Positions 44,995 through 54,590 of a stretch of DNA of 64,000 nt are shown here, one piece after another. Positions within the stretch are counted from its first letter, which is position 1, and every line of letters starts with the position of its first letter. A model generated the notes under the pieces. It did not search any database. It saw nothing but the letters and a program-made list of their open reading frames with translations, and was not told the DNA's origin. The position numbers and the translations under genes were made by a program. The stretch covers positions 39,267 through 103,266 of the forward strand of contig JBBRAZ010000002.1 in the NCBI GenBank assembly GCA_038206295.1, read 5' to 3'. This stretch comes from Acidimicrobiales bacterium (GTDB lineage: Bacteria; Actinomycetota; Acidimicrobiia; Acidimicrobiales; JBBRAZ01).

Positions 44995-45906
44995 TCAGGA
45001 CCCGCCGAGGTCCTCGTGCAGGTTCTCCGTGAGGCGGGCGCGGACGTGGTCGGGGATCTCGACTGCGCGTCGGGCGGCCACGTCGAAGGCGAGGCTCACG
45101 ATCGTGAAGGTTCCCGCCACGGTGCCGTCGTCGACGTCGAGGACCCAGTGCCGCGACACCATGGTCTTGGCGGCGAGCGACACCTCGGCACCGAAGCTCT
45201 GCACCCGGTCACCGACGCGGGGCATCTGACCCCACGTGAAGCGCATCTCCATGGTCGCCCACCCGATCCGGATGCCATCGGGGCCTTCGTGGAACGGCTC
45301 GAAGGCGGCGCCCTCCGTCGGGATGCCACCCCACACGAGGTCCGGCAGGCGAACGGCCTCGACGTAGCCGTCGCCGTCTGCCTCCGCCTCGGTGATGGCG
45401 CGCACCTCGCGCATCGCCAGGCCGCGGCGCTGCAGCTCGGCGAGCGCGGGTGCGCTCGCGTGCACGTCCTCGTCGAGGCGGATCGATCGCGGCGTGCCGT
45501 GCTCGCCGATGGCGACGAGGCGCGATGCCGCGGCACGCGCCACGCCGCCGGGGATGGCCACCGCGGCGCGGGTTGCCCGGTCGACGACCTCGAGGCCGAC
45601 GACGAACGCCGCCGCGACGTCGCCGGTGTCGACGTTGCGCAGCTCCTCGTAGAGCCGGACGCGACCTGCGTCCACGTCGACGACGCCGCCGTGCACCTCC
45701 AGCGGCGCGCCGACGAGCTGCTCGTGGTGGTGGCGCACGTAGTGATCTCGGTGCACCAGCGCCCGGTCACCGTCGTCGAGGAGGCCGAGCGAGGCGGCGA
45801 GCACCCGGGCGCCGGTCGCGGCGTGCATGCCGTAGAAGCGCACGTTCATGTGCCCGAGGTGGTCGATCTGATCGGGCGTGACCTCGGTGCTGTGCAGCAG
45901 CTCCAC
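44995..45906 (-). CDS. acyl-CoA thioesterase, double hot-dog (4HBT-like)
   Basis: The motif VTPDQIDHLGHMNVRFY is present. At 303 aa the length fits two hot-dog domains. Confidence 0.7.
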   Translation of the reverse strand: MELLHSTEVTPDQIDHLGHMNVRFYGMHAATGARVLAASLGLLDDGDRALVHRDHYVRHHHEQLVGAPLEVHGGVVDVDAGRVRLYEELRNVDTGDVAAAFVVGLEVVDRATRAAVAIPGGVARAAASRLVAIGEHGTPRSIRLDEDVHASAPALAELQRRGLAMREVRAITEAEADGDGYVEAVRLPDLVWGGIPTEGAAFEPFHEGPDGIRIGWATMEMRFTWGQMPRVGDRVQSFGAEVSLAAKTMVSRHWVLDVDDGTVAGTFTIVSLAFDVAARRAVEIPDHVRARLTENLHEDLGGS

Positions 45907-46043
45907 CGCTCGTTCCCCCTCGTGCCGGCTGCGACGTTCCTACCCGGGGCGCGGAGCGCCTCACAAGGTGAGCGGTCGCGGGACCTGCCCGCGGTGGGCG
46001 CCGGCCGCACCCGCCATCTCGGGTGGCGCACCCGACCCGGGGA

Positions 46044-46544
46044 TCAGTCGTCGCGCTGCTCGGCCTCGATGACGATGCGCACCGTCACCTCCGGGTGGAC
46101 CCGCACGGCCAGCAGCTTCGGTGGATCGAGCCCCCAGTTGCGCACGTCGAAGGTCTGCTCGCCCTCGATGCGCACGCCGTCGGTGGTCGGCGTGACCACC
46201 AGATCGCCGGCGACGTCGCGGTCGGTGCCACGGAATGAGATGCGACCGCGCACCTCGACCCGTGCGCCGTCCACGTCGTCGAGCGCGGTCACCTCGCCGA
46301 CGATCAGCGGGTGTCGCCGAGCGTCGACGCGCCGACGGGTCTCTCGATCGACGAGCGGGTTGCCCGAGCGGAGGCGGTCGACGGCGATCTCGACCCGCCC
46401 GGCCACCGGCCCCGACACCGCGGCACCATCGAGCGCCGCCTCGAACCAGCCCGTGAGGCCCGTGGCCGACGCTCGGATCGGGTGCACGCTTGACGACCCG
46501 TCGATCCACACCTGCGACCGGTCCGGATCGATCACGTAGCGCAT
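46044..46544 (-). CDS. YceI-like polyisoprenoid-binding family protein
   Basis: 166 aa. The N-terminus is YVIDPDRSQV. Its beta-rich pattern and length are typical of YceI. Confidence 0.7.
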   Translation of the reverse strand: MRYVIDPDRSQVWIDGSSSVHPIRASATGLTGWFEAALDGAAVSGPVAGRVEIAVDRLRSGNPLVDRETRRRVDARRHPLIVGEVTALDDVDGARVEVRGRISFRGTDRDVAGDLVVTPTTDGVRIEGEQTFDVRNWGLDPPKLLAVRVHPEVTVRIVIEAEQRDD

Positions 46545-46727
46545 CGCTCCGAGGCTACGGCCACCGCCGGCACGCCCGCTGATGTCCTACCCCCTGCGTA
46601 GGTTGCACTGCTGTTGCAGCGCGCTTGTGTTGCCGAGGTCGCTGTCCGATTGCCTCCCGAGGTGATGCCGTATGCTCAGTGGACAACTACTTTCAGAAAT
46701 TGCTGAACACTGCTATAGATTGAAGAT

Positions 46728-47750
46728 ATGGCAAGCCGGACGGCAGCGCGGCAACGGATCACGCACGATGACCAGCGGATCGTGGCCATGGCCACTGCAG
46801 CGGGCATCGCTGCTCAGCTCGGCGACGAGCGCGAGGTGACTGTGGGTGACCGGACGTTCCCACTCGAGATCGTGTCGGCCGACCGACGAAGCGTGGACAC
46901 GATCCTGGCGCAGCTGAACGCGGTGCCCGATGGCGCGGTTCGCCTCGTCGTCGGCACCACCAGCCCCGGGCTGCGCGCCGCGCTCGAGCGACGCCGCATC
47001 TCCTGGCTCGACGCGCGCGGCGTTGCGCACCTCGTCGCGCACGGGGTGGACCGCACCTTCGGGCAACCGAGGCGCCTCGATGTGGCCTCGGCTCGAGACC
47101 GGCCTGGTCTCCGCCTGGGCCACGCAACCGTGCGTGCTGTGCAGCTGGTGCTCGACGGTGCACTCGAGCAGTGGGGGGTCAGCGTGCTCGCCGACCGCTC
47201 TGCCATCAGCATGGGCAGCGCGTCGAACCTCCTGCACGGCCTCAGCCACCTGGGGTTCCTCGAGGCGGTGGGCGTCGCTCCGCACCTCCACTTCGAGGTC
47301 CGGGACCGCGCCGGCCTGGCCGAGTGGTTCCTGGCCCAGCCGGCGGTGCGAGCGCGCCGAGCCCGGGCCGAGGCGTTCGTCTACGCCCGAGATCCGCTGG
47401 ACCTGGCCCGCCGGCTGGCGCGTTCGACGATCGCCGACCAGATCGCCCTCAGCGGGGGCCTGGCAGCGGTGGTGTCAGGAGCCGGCATGACGGCGGTGCC
47501 CACCGCACGCGTCTGGGTCGACCCGACGCTCGATCTCGTAGATGCCATCGATGCACTCGAGGTCGACAGCACCAGCGCGGCGCCCAATGTCGTGCTGCTC
47601 CAGGACATCGGGCGGGTCGCGACGCTCGATCGCCGCGTCGTTGACGCGATCCCGGTGGCGCCCCCGAGCCGGATCTGGGTCGATCTGCACGACGAACCCC
47701 GCGGTGAGGACCAAGCCGTCATCTACCGAGAGACGTACGGTGCGTTCTGA
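46728..47750 (+). CDS. hypothetical protein, possible AbiEi-like antitoxin/regulator (inferred from context)
   Basis: It overlaps the downstream AbiEii-like gene by 11 nt. It is preceded by an AT-rich 180-bp intergenic region. Confidence 0.5.
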   Translation: MASRTAARQRITHDDQRIVAMATAAGIAAQLGDEREVTVGDRTFPLEIVSADRRSVDTILAQLNAVPDGAVRLVVGTTSPGLRAALERRRISWLDARGVAHLVAHGVDRTFGQPRRLDVASARDRPGLRLGHATVRAVQLVLDGALEQWGVSVLADRSAISMGSASNLLHGLSHLGFLEAVGVAPHLHFEVRDRAGLAEWFLAQPAVRARRARAEAFVYARDPLDLARRLARSTIADQIALSGGLAAVVSGAGMTAVPTARVWVDPTLDLVDAIDALEVDSTSAAPNVVLLQDIGRVATLDRRVVDAIPVAPPSRIWVDLHDEPRGEDQAVIYRETYGAF

Positions 47751-48642
47751 CGGCCATCGCATCGACGACTACAACCCGGCCACATCCGCGCTCCTCAGAA
47801 CCGAGGCGGTCCGCCTCCTGCGCGGCCTCGGCTTCATGGCGGAGCACCTGACGCTGATCGGTGGGATCGTGCCGGGCATGCTCGTGTTGGATCCGGCCGG
47901 GAGCCACGCCCACATCGGAACCTCGGACCTCGACCTCTGCCTGTCGGTCGCGCTGGCTGAGGGCAGGACCGGCCAGTACGAGGTCGCCGAATCGGCCCTG
48001 CGCGATCTCGGCTTCGTGCCGGCGGCGCTCGACGGCTCGGCACGCATCCTCTATCCGGCGTGGCGGTGGCGACGAGAGAGCGACGGCGTTCCTGTGGTCG
48101 TCGAGTTCCTGTGCCCGCTCACCGGTGACCGACCAGCCGGTCACGTCGTCGGTGAGCAGCAGCTGGCGACCACCTCGCTCGGCGAGAGGCTCGGCGCGCT
48201 GGTGCTCACCGATGGTGCGCTCATCAGCCACGATCGCGTCGAGGTCGACACCACCGTCGTGCTCGATGACGGCGAGCTCACGTATCCGCTGCCCGTGGCC
48301 GGGTACGCCTCGTTCCTCGCCACCAAGGCCACCGCTCTGCAGCGGCGGAACAAGCGGAAGGATGCCTACGACGTCGTCTGGCTTCTCGAAGCGCACCCCG
48401 ATGGGCCCGAGGGTGTCGCCGCTGAGGTCCGACGCTCGAAGATCTGGCGCGATCCGTCGCTTCGCTCGTCGCTCGAGCAGCCGTATCGCGTGCTGAAGGA
48501 GCAGTTCGACACCACAACAAGCAATGGTGCCGGGGCCTACTCGATGTTCCTTGCCGCAGACGGGACTGAGCGTGAGCGCGCGCACCTCCGAAGTCGATCG
48601 GTCGGCGCGGTCCGGATCCTGTGCGGTGAGCTGCAGATCTGA
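47740..48642 (+). CDS. AbiEii/AbiGii-like nucleotidyltransferase toxin family protein
   Basis: The motifs LTLIGGIVPGML...IGTSDLDLCL and RNKRKDAYDVVWLL are present. The start is taken at GTG 47740. Confidence 0.65.
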   Translation: MRSDGHRIDDYNPATSALLRTEAVRLLRGLGFMAEHLTLIGGIVPGMLVLDPAGSHAHIGTSDLDLCLSVALAEGRTGQYEVAESALRDLGFVPAALDGSARILYPAWRWRRESDGVPVVVEFLCPLTGDRPAGHVVGEQQLATTSLGERLGALVLTDGALISHDRVEVDTTVVLDDGELTYPLPVAGYASFLATKATALQRRNKRKDAYDVVWLLEAHPDGPEGVAAEVRRSKIWRDPSLRSSLEQPYRVLKEQFDTTTSNGAGAYSMFLAADGTERERAHLRSRSVGAVRILCGELQI

Positions 48643-48763
48643 GGCGGCGGCCGATCGCTTCGTCTCGGTCACGTCTGCGGGCGGAAGGGAACCAGGGCGC
48701 CGACGTCCGGCGACAACACGGACGACCCCCGGCGTTGTCACACCCCCCTCCTATGGTGCGGCC

Positions 48764-50170
48764 ATGGGCAAGGACAACAGGGCGCGACGCGCCGCGAAGG
48801 CGAAGAAGCGGGACCGCGCGCAGCGCGGTCCCCAAGGCGAGGCCGCTCGCTCGGCCGGCGGCCAGCGCGCGTCCGGTCGCCCGTCATCGGCCGACGGCGG
48901 GGCACCGCAGGGCGCCGGCCCCGCCGACCACGATGCGCTCCGCCAGGCGCTCGTCGTGGCTGCCCGCGCGCAGCGCGGCAAGAGCCCCGTGGCCGGACAG
49001 GCGATCGCCCGTCTGGCTGATGCCGACCAGCCCGCGCTGCTGCGCGCCGCGGAGGCGCTGCTGCTCGAGATCGTGGCCTCGGCGTGGGAGGGCGGGTGGC
49101 AGCCCGCCGAGCTGCACCGCCAGGCCCGCCGCGCCACCGCGAACGCCACTGCCGCTCGCGCGGTGCACGAGGCGATCGTCGCGGACGACGCGCAGCGCCG
49201 CGCCACCACGCTCGACGCTCGGTGGATGGCGCAGATCGCGCAGCTCGAGCTGCTCCCCAGCAACGGACGCGCCGGATGGCTCCGCCGGTGGCGCGACGCG
49301 GCGGGGCTCGTGGCGCCCGAGGTGGCGCGTGCGCTGGTGGACGCGGTCGCATCCATCGCCTTCGTCCCGCCGCTGGCCGTCGTGTTGCCGCGCCCCGGGC
49401 ACCCCGAGGACGCCGCACGCGTCGCAGCTGGCGTCGACACCGACGACGCGCAGGGAGCGTCGAGCGACCCGGTGCTCGAGAAGATCCGCGCACTGCTGGC
49501 CAAGGCCGAGTCGACCACGTTCGACGCAGAGGCCGCCGCGTTCACCGCCAAGGCGCAGGAGCTGATGGCGCGCCACGCCATCGACGCCGCGCTGCTCGAG
49601 GCCACCTCCCCGACGAACGAGCGTCCGGTGCAGGTCCGCCTGCCCATCGACGCCCCGTACGCGGACGTGAAGGGCCTGCTGCTGCAGGTCGTTGCCGAGG
49701 CCAGTCGGTGCCGCGCGGTCGGTCACGCCGACCTGGGGTTGAGCACGGTCATCGGCTTCGCGGCGGACATCTCGGCGGTCGAGATGCTGTACACGTCGCT
49801 GCTCGTGCAGGCGCAGACCGCGCTGGCCGAGGCAGCGCGCCACGCACCACCCGGCACGCGCACGCGCAGCCAGTCGTACCGCTCCGCGTTCCTGCTGGCC
49901 TACACCGAGCGCATCGGTGAGCGGCTCGACGAGGTGAACCGCGCGGTGGTCGACGCGGCGGTCGCCGAGGTGGGCGACTCGTTCCTCCCTGTTCTGGCCG
50001 ACCGCAGCACCGCTGTCGACGACTGCATCGACGAGGCGTTCGGCAAGCTGACCTCGTCGCGCGTGCGCGGCGGGTGGGACGCAGCGGGCTGGGCCGGCGG
50101 CAGGCGCGCAGCCGACGACGCCCGCCTCAACGCCGGCGACCTCGCCACCACCACCTCCGCCTCGAAGTAG
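48764..50170 (+). CDS. DUF2786-domain protein
   Basis: The DUF2786 signature is VLEKIRALLAKAESTTFDAEAAAFTAKAQELMARH. It has a basic N-terminus. Confidence 0.7.
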   Translation: MGKDNRARRAAKAKKRDRAQRGPQGEAARSAGGQRASGRPSSADGGAPQGAGPADHDALRQALVVAARAQRGKSPVAGQAIARLADADQPALLRAAEALLLEIVASAWEGGWQPAELHRQARRATANATAARAVHEAIVADDAQRRATTLDARWMAQIAQLELLPSNGRAGWLRRWRDAAGLVAPEVARALVDAVASIAFVPPLAVVLPRPGHPEDAARVAAGVDTDDAQGASSDPVLEKIRALLAKAESTTFDAEAAAFTAKAQELMARHAIDAALLEATSPTNERPVQVRLPIDAPYADVKGLLLQVVAEASRCRAVGHADLGLSTVIGFAADISAVEMLYTSLLVQAQTALAEAARHAPPGTRTRSQSYRSAFLLAYTERIGERLDEVNRAVVDAAVAEVGDSFLPVLADRSTAVDDCIDEAFGKLTSSRVRGGWDAAGWAGGRRAADDARLNAGDLATTTSASK

Positions 50171-50300
50171 CGCGAGAACCTCGCATGATCTGCCGACGGC
50201 GCGGGACTCGGCGGAGTCGCCTCGACGTCCAATAGCCTGAGCGGCCTCGCACGCCATCACCGAGGAGCCCCACCATGCCCGTCGACAGCGTCGCGATCTG

Positions 50301-50903
50301 ATGCCGAGCGATCCCGAGCTGCTCGACGCGGCGCTCGACGCGTTCGCGGCCGCGGGCTACGACGGCACGTCGGTGCGCGAGCTCAGCCGCACGCTCGGCG
50401 TCAGCCACAACTACGTCCACCAGCGCTTCGGATCCAAGGAGCGGCTGTGGTTCGCAGCGGTCGACCACGGGTTCTCGCGCCTGGCAGCGGACCTGCTGAG
50501 CATCCGCCTCGACGACGCGGCGGACGACCTCGACCGTCTGCGCGCCAGCGTGGTGCGCTACGTCGAGTCGATGTCGCTGCGCCCCGCGCTGCTGCAGATC
50601 ATCAGCATCGAGGCCACCACGCCGGGCCCGCGCCTCGACCACCTCTACGACAGCTACATCGAGCCGGTGCGCGTCTTCGGCGAGGAGCTGCTCGGCCGCC
50701 TGCACGCGGCGGGCCGGGTGCGCACCGATTCGGTCGCGCTCATGTACTTCATGATGACCCACGGCGCGGCGGGCCCCCTGGCGCTGCCGGCGCTCGGCGA
50801 GCGCTTCGGCATGGCCGTCGACCCCACCGACGAGGAGGCGGTGCGGGCGCACGCCAGAGCGGCCGTCGACGTGCTGTTCGACGGGCTCATCATCGATCAA
50901 TAG
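50301..50903 (+). CDS. TetR/AcrR-family transcriptional regulator
   Basis: The HTH is GYDGTSVRELSRTLGVSHNYVHQRFGSKERLW. Confidence 0.9.
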   Translation: MPSDPELLDAALDAFAAAGYDGTSVRELSRTLGVSHNYVHQRFGSKERLWFAAVDHGFSRLAADLLSIRLDDAADDLDRLRASVVRYVESMSLRPALLQIISIEATTPGPRLDHLYDSYIEPVRVFGEELLGRLHAAGRVRTDSVALMYFMMTHGAAGPLALPALGERFGMAVDPTDEEAVRAHARAAVDVLFDGLIIDQ

Positions 50904-50956
50904 CACCGCTGACCTGGGGCGTTGACAACTGTCATGGCGTGCGCCACACTCGGCGG

Positions 50957-51895
50957 GTGCAGCCTCTCGATCGCATCCGCGCCGACATCGTCACCCAGCT
51001 CGAGCTCGTGGGCGGTCGCCACGACGAGCCCGGCGTCTACGACGGCGAGCCGGGCGACCCCGGCCTCGCCGACGGGCCCGACAGCATCTCGTGGCGCATC
51101 AACGGCGACCTCGGCATCGTCGGCGCAGCCGGCATGGCGGCCATCGTCATGGAGATCCTGCACCCGTCGGTGATGGCCGGCGTCAGCACCCAGTCGACCT
51201 TCCGCACCCAGCCCCTGCGCCGCGCCCAGAACACGCTCGGCTACGTGCTGCGCACCACGTTCGGCTCCACGCCGGCGGCCACCGACGTCATCGAGCGGGT
51301 CAAGAAGATCCACGGCCGGGTGCGCGGCGTGCGCCCCGACGGCGTCGCCTACGAGGCGCTCGACCCGCTGCTCATCGCCTGGGTCCACACCTGCATCCCC
51401 TGGGCGATCATGACCGCGTACGACCGCTACCGCGCGCCCCTCACGCTCGCCGAGAAGGACCAGTACCTGCGCGAGCAGGCGGTCATCGGGCGCATGGGCG
51501 GCGCGGACGTCGTGCCCGAGAGCGTCGCCGAGCTCGAGGCGTTCGTCGAGGAGGTGCGCCCGCACCTGGCGGTCAACGAGCAGACCCGCGAGTTCATCCG
51601 CTTCCTCGCCGAGGGCGCCATCGGCGACCAGACCGTCGGCGCCCGCGAGCGCGCCGAGCGCTGGTACGGCATCCGCAGCTCGATGCTGCTCATGCCCGAG
51701 TGGGCGCAGGACCTCACCGGCCTCGCGCACGGCAGCCGCGCCGCGCGCCTCGCCGCGCCGCTGCTCGAGCGCCGCAAGGCCGACCTCGTGCGCTGGGCCT
51801 GCCCGGTCCTGCCCTGCGAGGAGATGGCGCGGCGCCGCGCCGCTGGCGCCCCCGCGGTCGCCGCGACGGAGGTGCTGGACGGTGTCGCGGTCTAG
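50957..51895 (+). CDS. MpaB/DUF2236-family oxygenase
   Basis: The segments ISWRINGD...MEILHPSVMAGV and KKIHGRVRG are present. The start is taken at GTG 50957. Confidence 0.75.
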   Translation: MQPLDRIRADIVTQLELVGGRHDEPGVYDGEPGDPGLADGPDSISWRINGDLGIVGAAGMAAIVMEILHPSVMAGVSTQSTFRTQPLRRAQNTLGYVLRTTFGSTPAATDVIERVKKIHGRVRGVRPDGVAYEALDPLLIAWVHTCIPWAIMTAYDRYRAPLTLAEKDQYLREQAVIGRMGGADVVPESVAELEAFVEEVRPHLAVNEQTREFIRFLAEGAIGDQTVGARERAERWYGIRSSMLLMPEWAQDLTGLAHGSRAARLAAPLLERRKADLVRWACPVLPCEEMARRRAAGAPAVAATEVLDGVAV

Positions 51896-52463
51896 CTGAG
51901 CTGAGCATCAGCGCAGCTACCTCGGCCTCGCTGATCGGCCGGAACCCGTTGGCGTCGACGCCGACGTTGATCATGCGACCGCGCTGCGCCCAGCGTTCGT
52001 GGACGTGCCCGTGCAGCAGCCAGGAACCGCGGTCGATCGGTCGATGATCGCGGTACCGGTCGCGATCGTGGCTGTCGCCTCGGTAGGGGAAGTGGCAGAG
52101 CTGGACATCGGTGTCCTCGACACGCGTCGCACGCTCTCCCTGGTGGACCTCGTGGAAGCCGGCGTCGAGGTACCGGTCCGTCCAGCCCTCGGAGCGGCGG
52201 CCGTGGCCATGCCAGCACCGATCGTGGTTGCCGGCGAGGAGGAGCTTCCGCCCGTGCAGCTCCCTCACGAGAGGAAGGGTGTCGGCCAGCTTCCCGAGGG
52301 CGAAGTCTCCGAGCACCCACACCTCGTCATCGTCGGCGACCACCTCGTTCCACCGATCGATGAGAGCGCGATTCATCTCTGCTGCGTCGCTGAAGGGGCG
52401 GCCGCAGTACTCGATGATGTTGCGATGACCGAGGTGGAGGTCGGCCGTGAACCACGTCGTCAT
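51714..52463 (-). CDS. metallophosphoesterase (calcineurin-like) with anomalous Arg-rich C-terminal extension
   Basis: The metallophosphoesterase motifs are FTADLHLGH, VLGDF, GNHD and LHGHVH. The ORF runs 181 nt into the convergent MpaB gene. Confidence 0.8.
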   Translation of the reverse strand: MTTWFTADLHLGHRNIIEYCGRPFSDAAEMNRALIDRWNEVVADDDEVWVLGDFALGKLADTLPLVRELHGRKLLLAGNHDRCWHGHGRRSEGWTDRYLDAGFHEVHQGERATRVEDTDVQLCHFPYRGDSHDRDRYRDHRPIDRGSWLLHGHVHERWAQRGRMINVGVDANGFRPISEAEVAALMLSSARPRHRPAPPSRRPRGRQRRGAAPSPRRAGPGRPSARGRPCGARAAARRGARRGCRARGR

Positions 52464-52689
52464 GGTCGGACACGATCCCATCTACACGCGTCGGGTTGGT
52501 CACGACTTTCGGGTTGTGCTGCGGTGATCGGGCTCCGAGCAGGGATCGACGACTCGTGCACCGATGGGAGCGTCGGATGGATGCGCAAGAGCGCGGACGT
52601 CTGCTTGCCGGTCCGGGCGACGGCAGTCCTACAACACCACATTGTGGACGCCCCCTGGACTGTCACACCCCACCTCTAGCGTGCATCTC

Positions 52690-53193
52690 ATGAACGATCC
52701 ACGAGACGCGGGGTACGCACTCGCCTACGAGGTCGGTGTGCAGGCCATCACCCAACAGGCGGAGACCATGAGGGAGACGCGCGATCGCGCGGGCTCGCTC
52801 ATGTCTGCTGCTGCGGTCGCTGGGGGCCTCGCTGCCGGCTTCGCCTTCAACGCCGACCATGCAGCAGCCATCGGACTTCCGGGAACGATCGGCGGTGTCC
52901 TCGCTGTCGCAGGATTCATGGGTGTAGCCGTCTCAGCAGTGCTGATCTGGTCTCCGAACGACGTCGTCGTGGTGCAGGACGGCGGCGTCATCATCAACGC
53001 GTACATCGAAGGCGACCCCCCGCTCGAGCTATCGCAGATCCACCGAGAGCTCGCCCTGTGGATGGGCAACGATGCTGATGAGAACCGGGAGGCGCTGGCT
53101 GTACAGTCGAGAACGTTCACGGTCGGTCTGACGGCCTTGCTGGTTCAGATCGTCGGGATCGTCATCGCGATCGGAGATGTGGCATATGGCTGA
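52690..53193 (+). CDS. hypothetical membrane protein
   Basis: It has three hydrophobic segments. The ATG at 52690 follows an AT-richer intergenic stretch. Confidence 0.55.
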   Translation: MNDPRDAGYALAYEVGVQAITQQAETMRETRDRAGSLMSAAAVAGGLAAGFAFNADHAAAIGLPGTIGGVLAVAGFMGVAVSAVLIWSPNDVVVVQDGGVIINAYIEGDPPLELSQIHRELALWMGNDADENREALAVQSRTFTVGLTALLVQIVGIVIAIGDVAYG

Positions 53194-53383
53194 GCAGACG
53201 CACACCGAGCACCTTCCTCCGCCAGCGACGATGCCGCCGACCCCGACTCGCCCCAACCCGGGCATGTCTGAGCGGCGGGGTGCTCGCCCCTCATCGGGCC
53301 GCAAGCGCAGATCGATCTTCAGCGTCTGGCGACGACCTTCTCGCCCGGCCAGCGCCTGACTCGGCTATGCCTACTCCCGTCCC

Positions 53384-54526
53384 TCAGGGCGACGGTCGGC
53401 CGGCGGCGAGGGCTTCGCGCACGGCGTCGTAGGCCGGCTTGGGTTGCAGCTCCGCGTCGAACAGCAGCGGCCTCGTGCCGGGCTCGAGGAACGAGTCCAG
53501 CCAGGTGTCGCCGTCGTCGAACCCCCAGAACGTGATCGACGAGCAGCCGGCGACGGCCAGGCACGAGCGCACCACGTGCGCCATCGTGTCGGCCTGCACC
53601 TCGAGGGTCTGCTCGGGCTTGCGCAGCGGGAAGTCCAGCTCGGTGACGGCCACGTCGAGGCCCAGCGCGTCGAGGCGCACCAGCAGGTCGTCGAGGACGG
53701 CCCAGTCAGGCTCGCCGGCGAAGAGGTGCACCTGCAGCCCGACGCCGTCGATCGGCACACCCCGCTCGACGAGGTCCTCGGCGAGCGCGACCAGCGCGTC
53801 GGCCTTCGCGGGGACGTACTCGACGAGGTTCTCGTTGAGCACCAGCATCGCCTCGGGCCAGATCTCGTCGGCCATGGTGAACGCCTCGGCGATGTAGTCC
53901 TCGCCGAGCACCTCCCGGAAGTGGTTCGCGGGCTCGAGCTCGCCGGCGTTGGTGAGCGGCTCGTTGACCACGTTGAGGCGGTCGACGCGCTCGCCGTAGC
54001 GATCGTGCAGCGTCGAGAGGTGGTCGCGCAGCACGGCGCGCAGCGCCTCGGGGTCGTTGATGGCCCGGACCCAGTCGGGGAGGACCTGGCGGAGCGCGGG
54101 CGGGTCCCACAGGAAGTGGGTGAGGGTCATCTCCATGTCGTGCTCGTCGGCGAACTCGACGACGCGGTCACCGCCCTCGTACGCCCAGTCGTCGGGCTCG
54201 GGGTGCACGACGCTCCACAGCAGCTCGTTCTCGTTGGTGATGGCGGAGAACTCGCGCTGCTGGAGCCCGATGCGCTCGGGCGTGGAGAACTTGCCGGCGG
54301 TGCCGACCAGGACGTCGGAGAGCGCTCCCGCTTCCGCCAACGTGCACGTCTCGATCGGGATGCAGCTGTCCGGCGCGCTTGTCGGGGGAGCGCTGGTCGA
54401 GGGGGCGGCTGGAGCCGACGTCGTGGGACCGCCCTGCTCGGAGGTGCCGGTGCACGCCGCGGCGAGCGCGAGCGTCGCCGCCAGGACGGCGGTGGCGGCT
54501 CGGCGTCGGGGGCGTGGCCGGGACAT
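53384..54526 (-). CDS. glycoside hydrolase family 10 (endo-1,4-beta-xylanase-like), lipoprotein
   Basis: The GH10 acid/base motif is LNVVNEP. The nucleophile motif is VTELDF. Lipobox is LAAACTG. Confidence 0.8.
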   Translation of the reverse strand: MSRPRPRRRAATAVLAATLALAAACTGTSEQGGPTTSAPAAPSTSAPPTSAPDSCIPIETCTLAEAGALSDVLVGTAGKFSTPERIGLQQREFSAITNENELLWSVVHPEPDDWAYEGGDRVVEFADEHDMEMTLTHFLWDPPALRQVLPDWVRAINDPEALRAVLRDHLSTLHDRYGERVDRLNVVNEPLTNAGELEPANHFREVLGEDYIAEAFTMADEIWPEAMLVLNENLVEYVPAKADALVALAEDLVERGVPIDGVGLQVHLFAGEPDWAVLDDLLVRLDALGLDVAVTELDFPLRKPEQTLEVQADTMAHVVRSCLAVAGCSSITFWGFDDGDTWLDSFLEPGTRPLLFDAELQPKPAYDAVREALAAGRPSP

Positions 54527-54590
54527 CGCCGGCAACCTAGCCGGGACGTCAGCGGCGACCCAGGCCTCAGGTATTGCTACACTTTTGCCT

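Noticed and set aside
46545-46727. An AT-richer intergenic region, inspected for a tRNA or small RNA.
   Set aside because: I could fold no cloverleaf or conserved RNA motif by eye. It is most simply the promoter region of the AbiE-like operon.
53186-53359. A small ORF (about 57 aa, MAEQTHTEHLPPPATMPP...) overlapping the stop of the 52690..53193 gene.
   Set aside because: It is Pro/Arg-rich and has no motif, no clear RBS and no detectable TM segment. Without conservation data it is not supportable as a gene.
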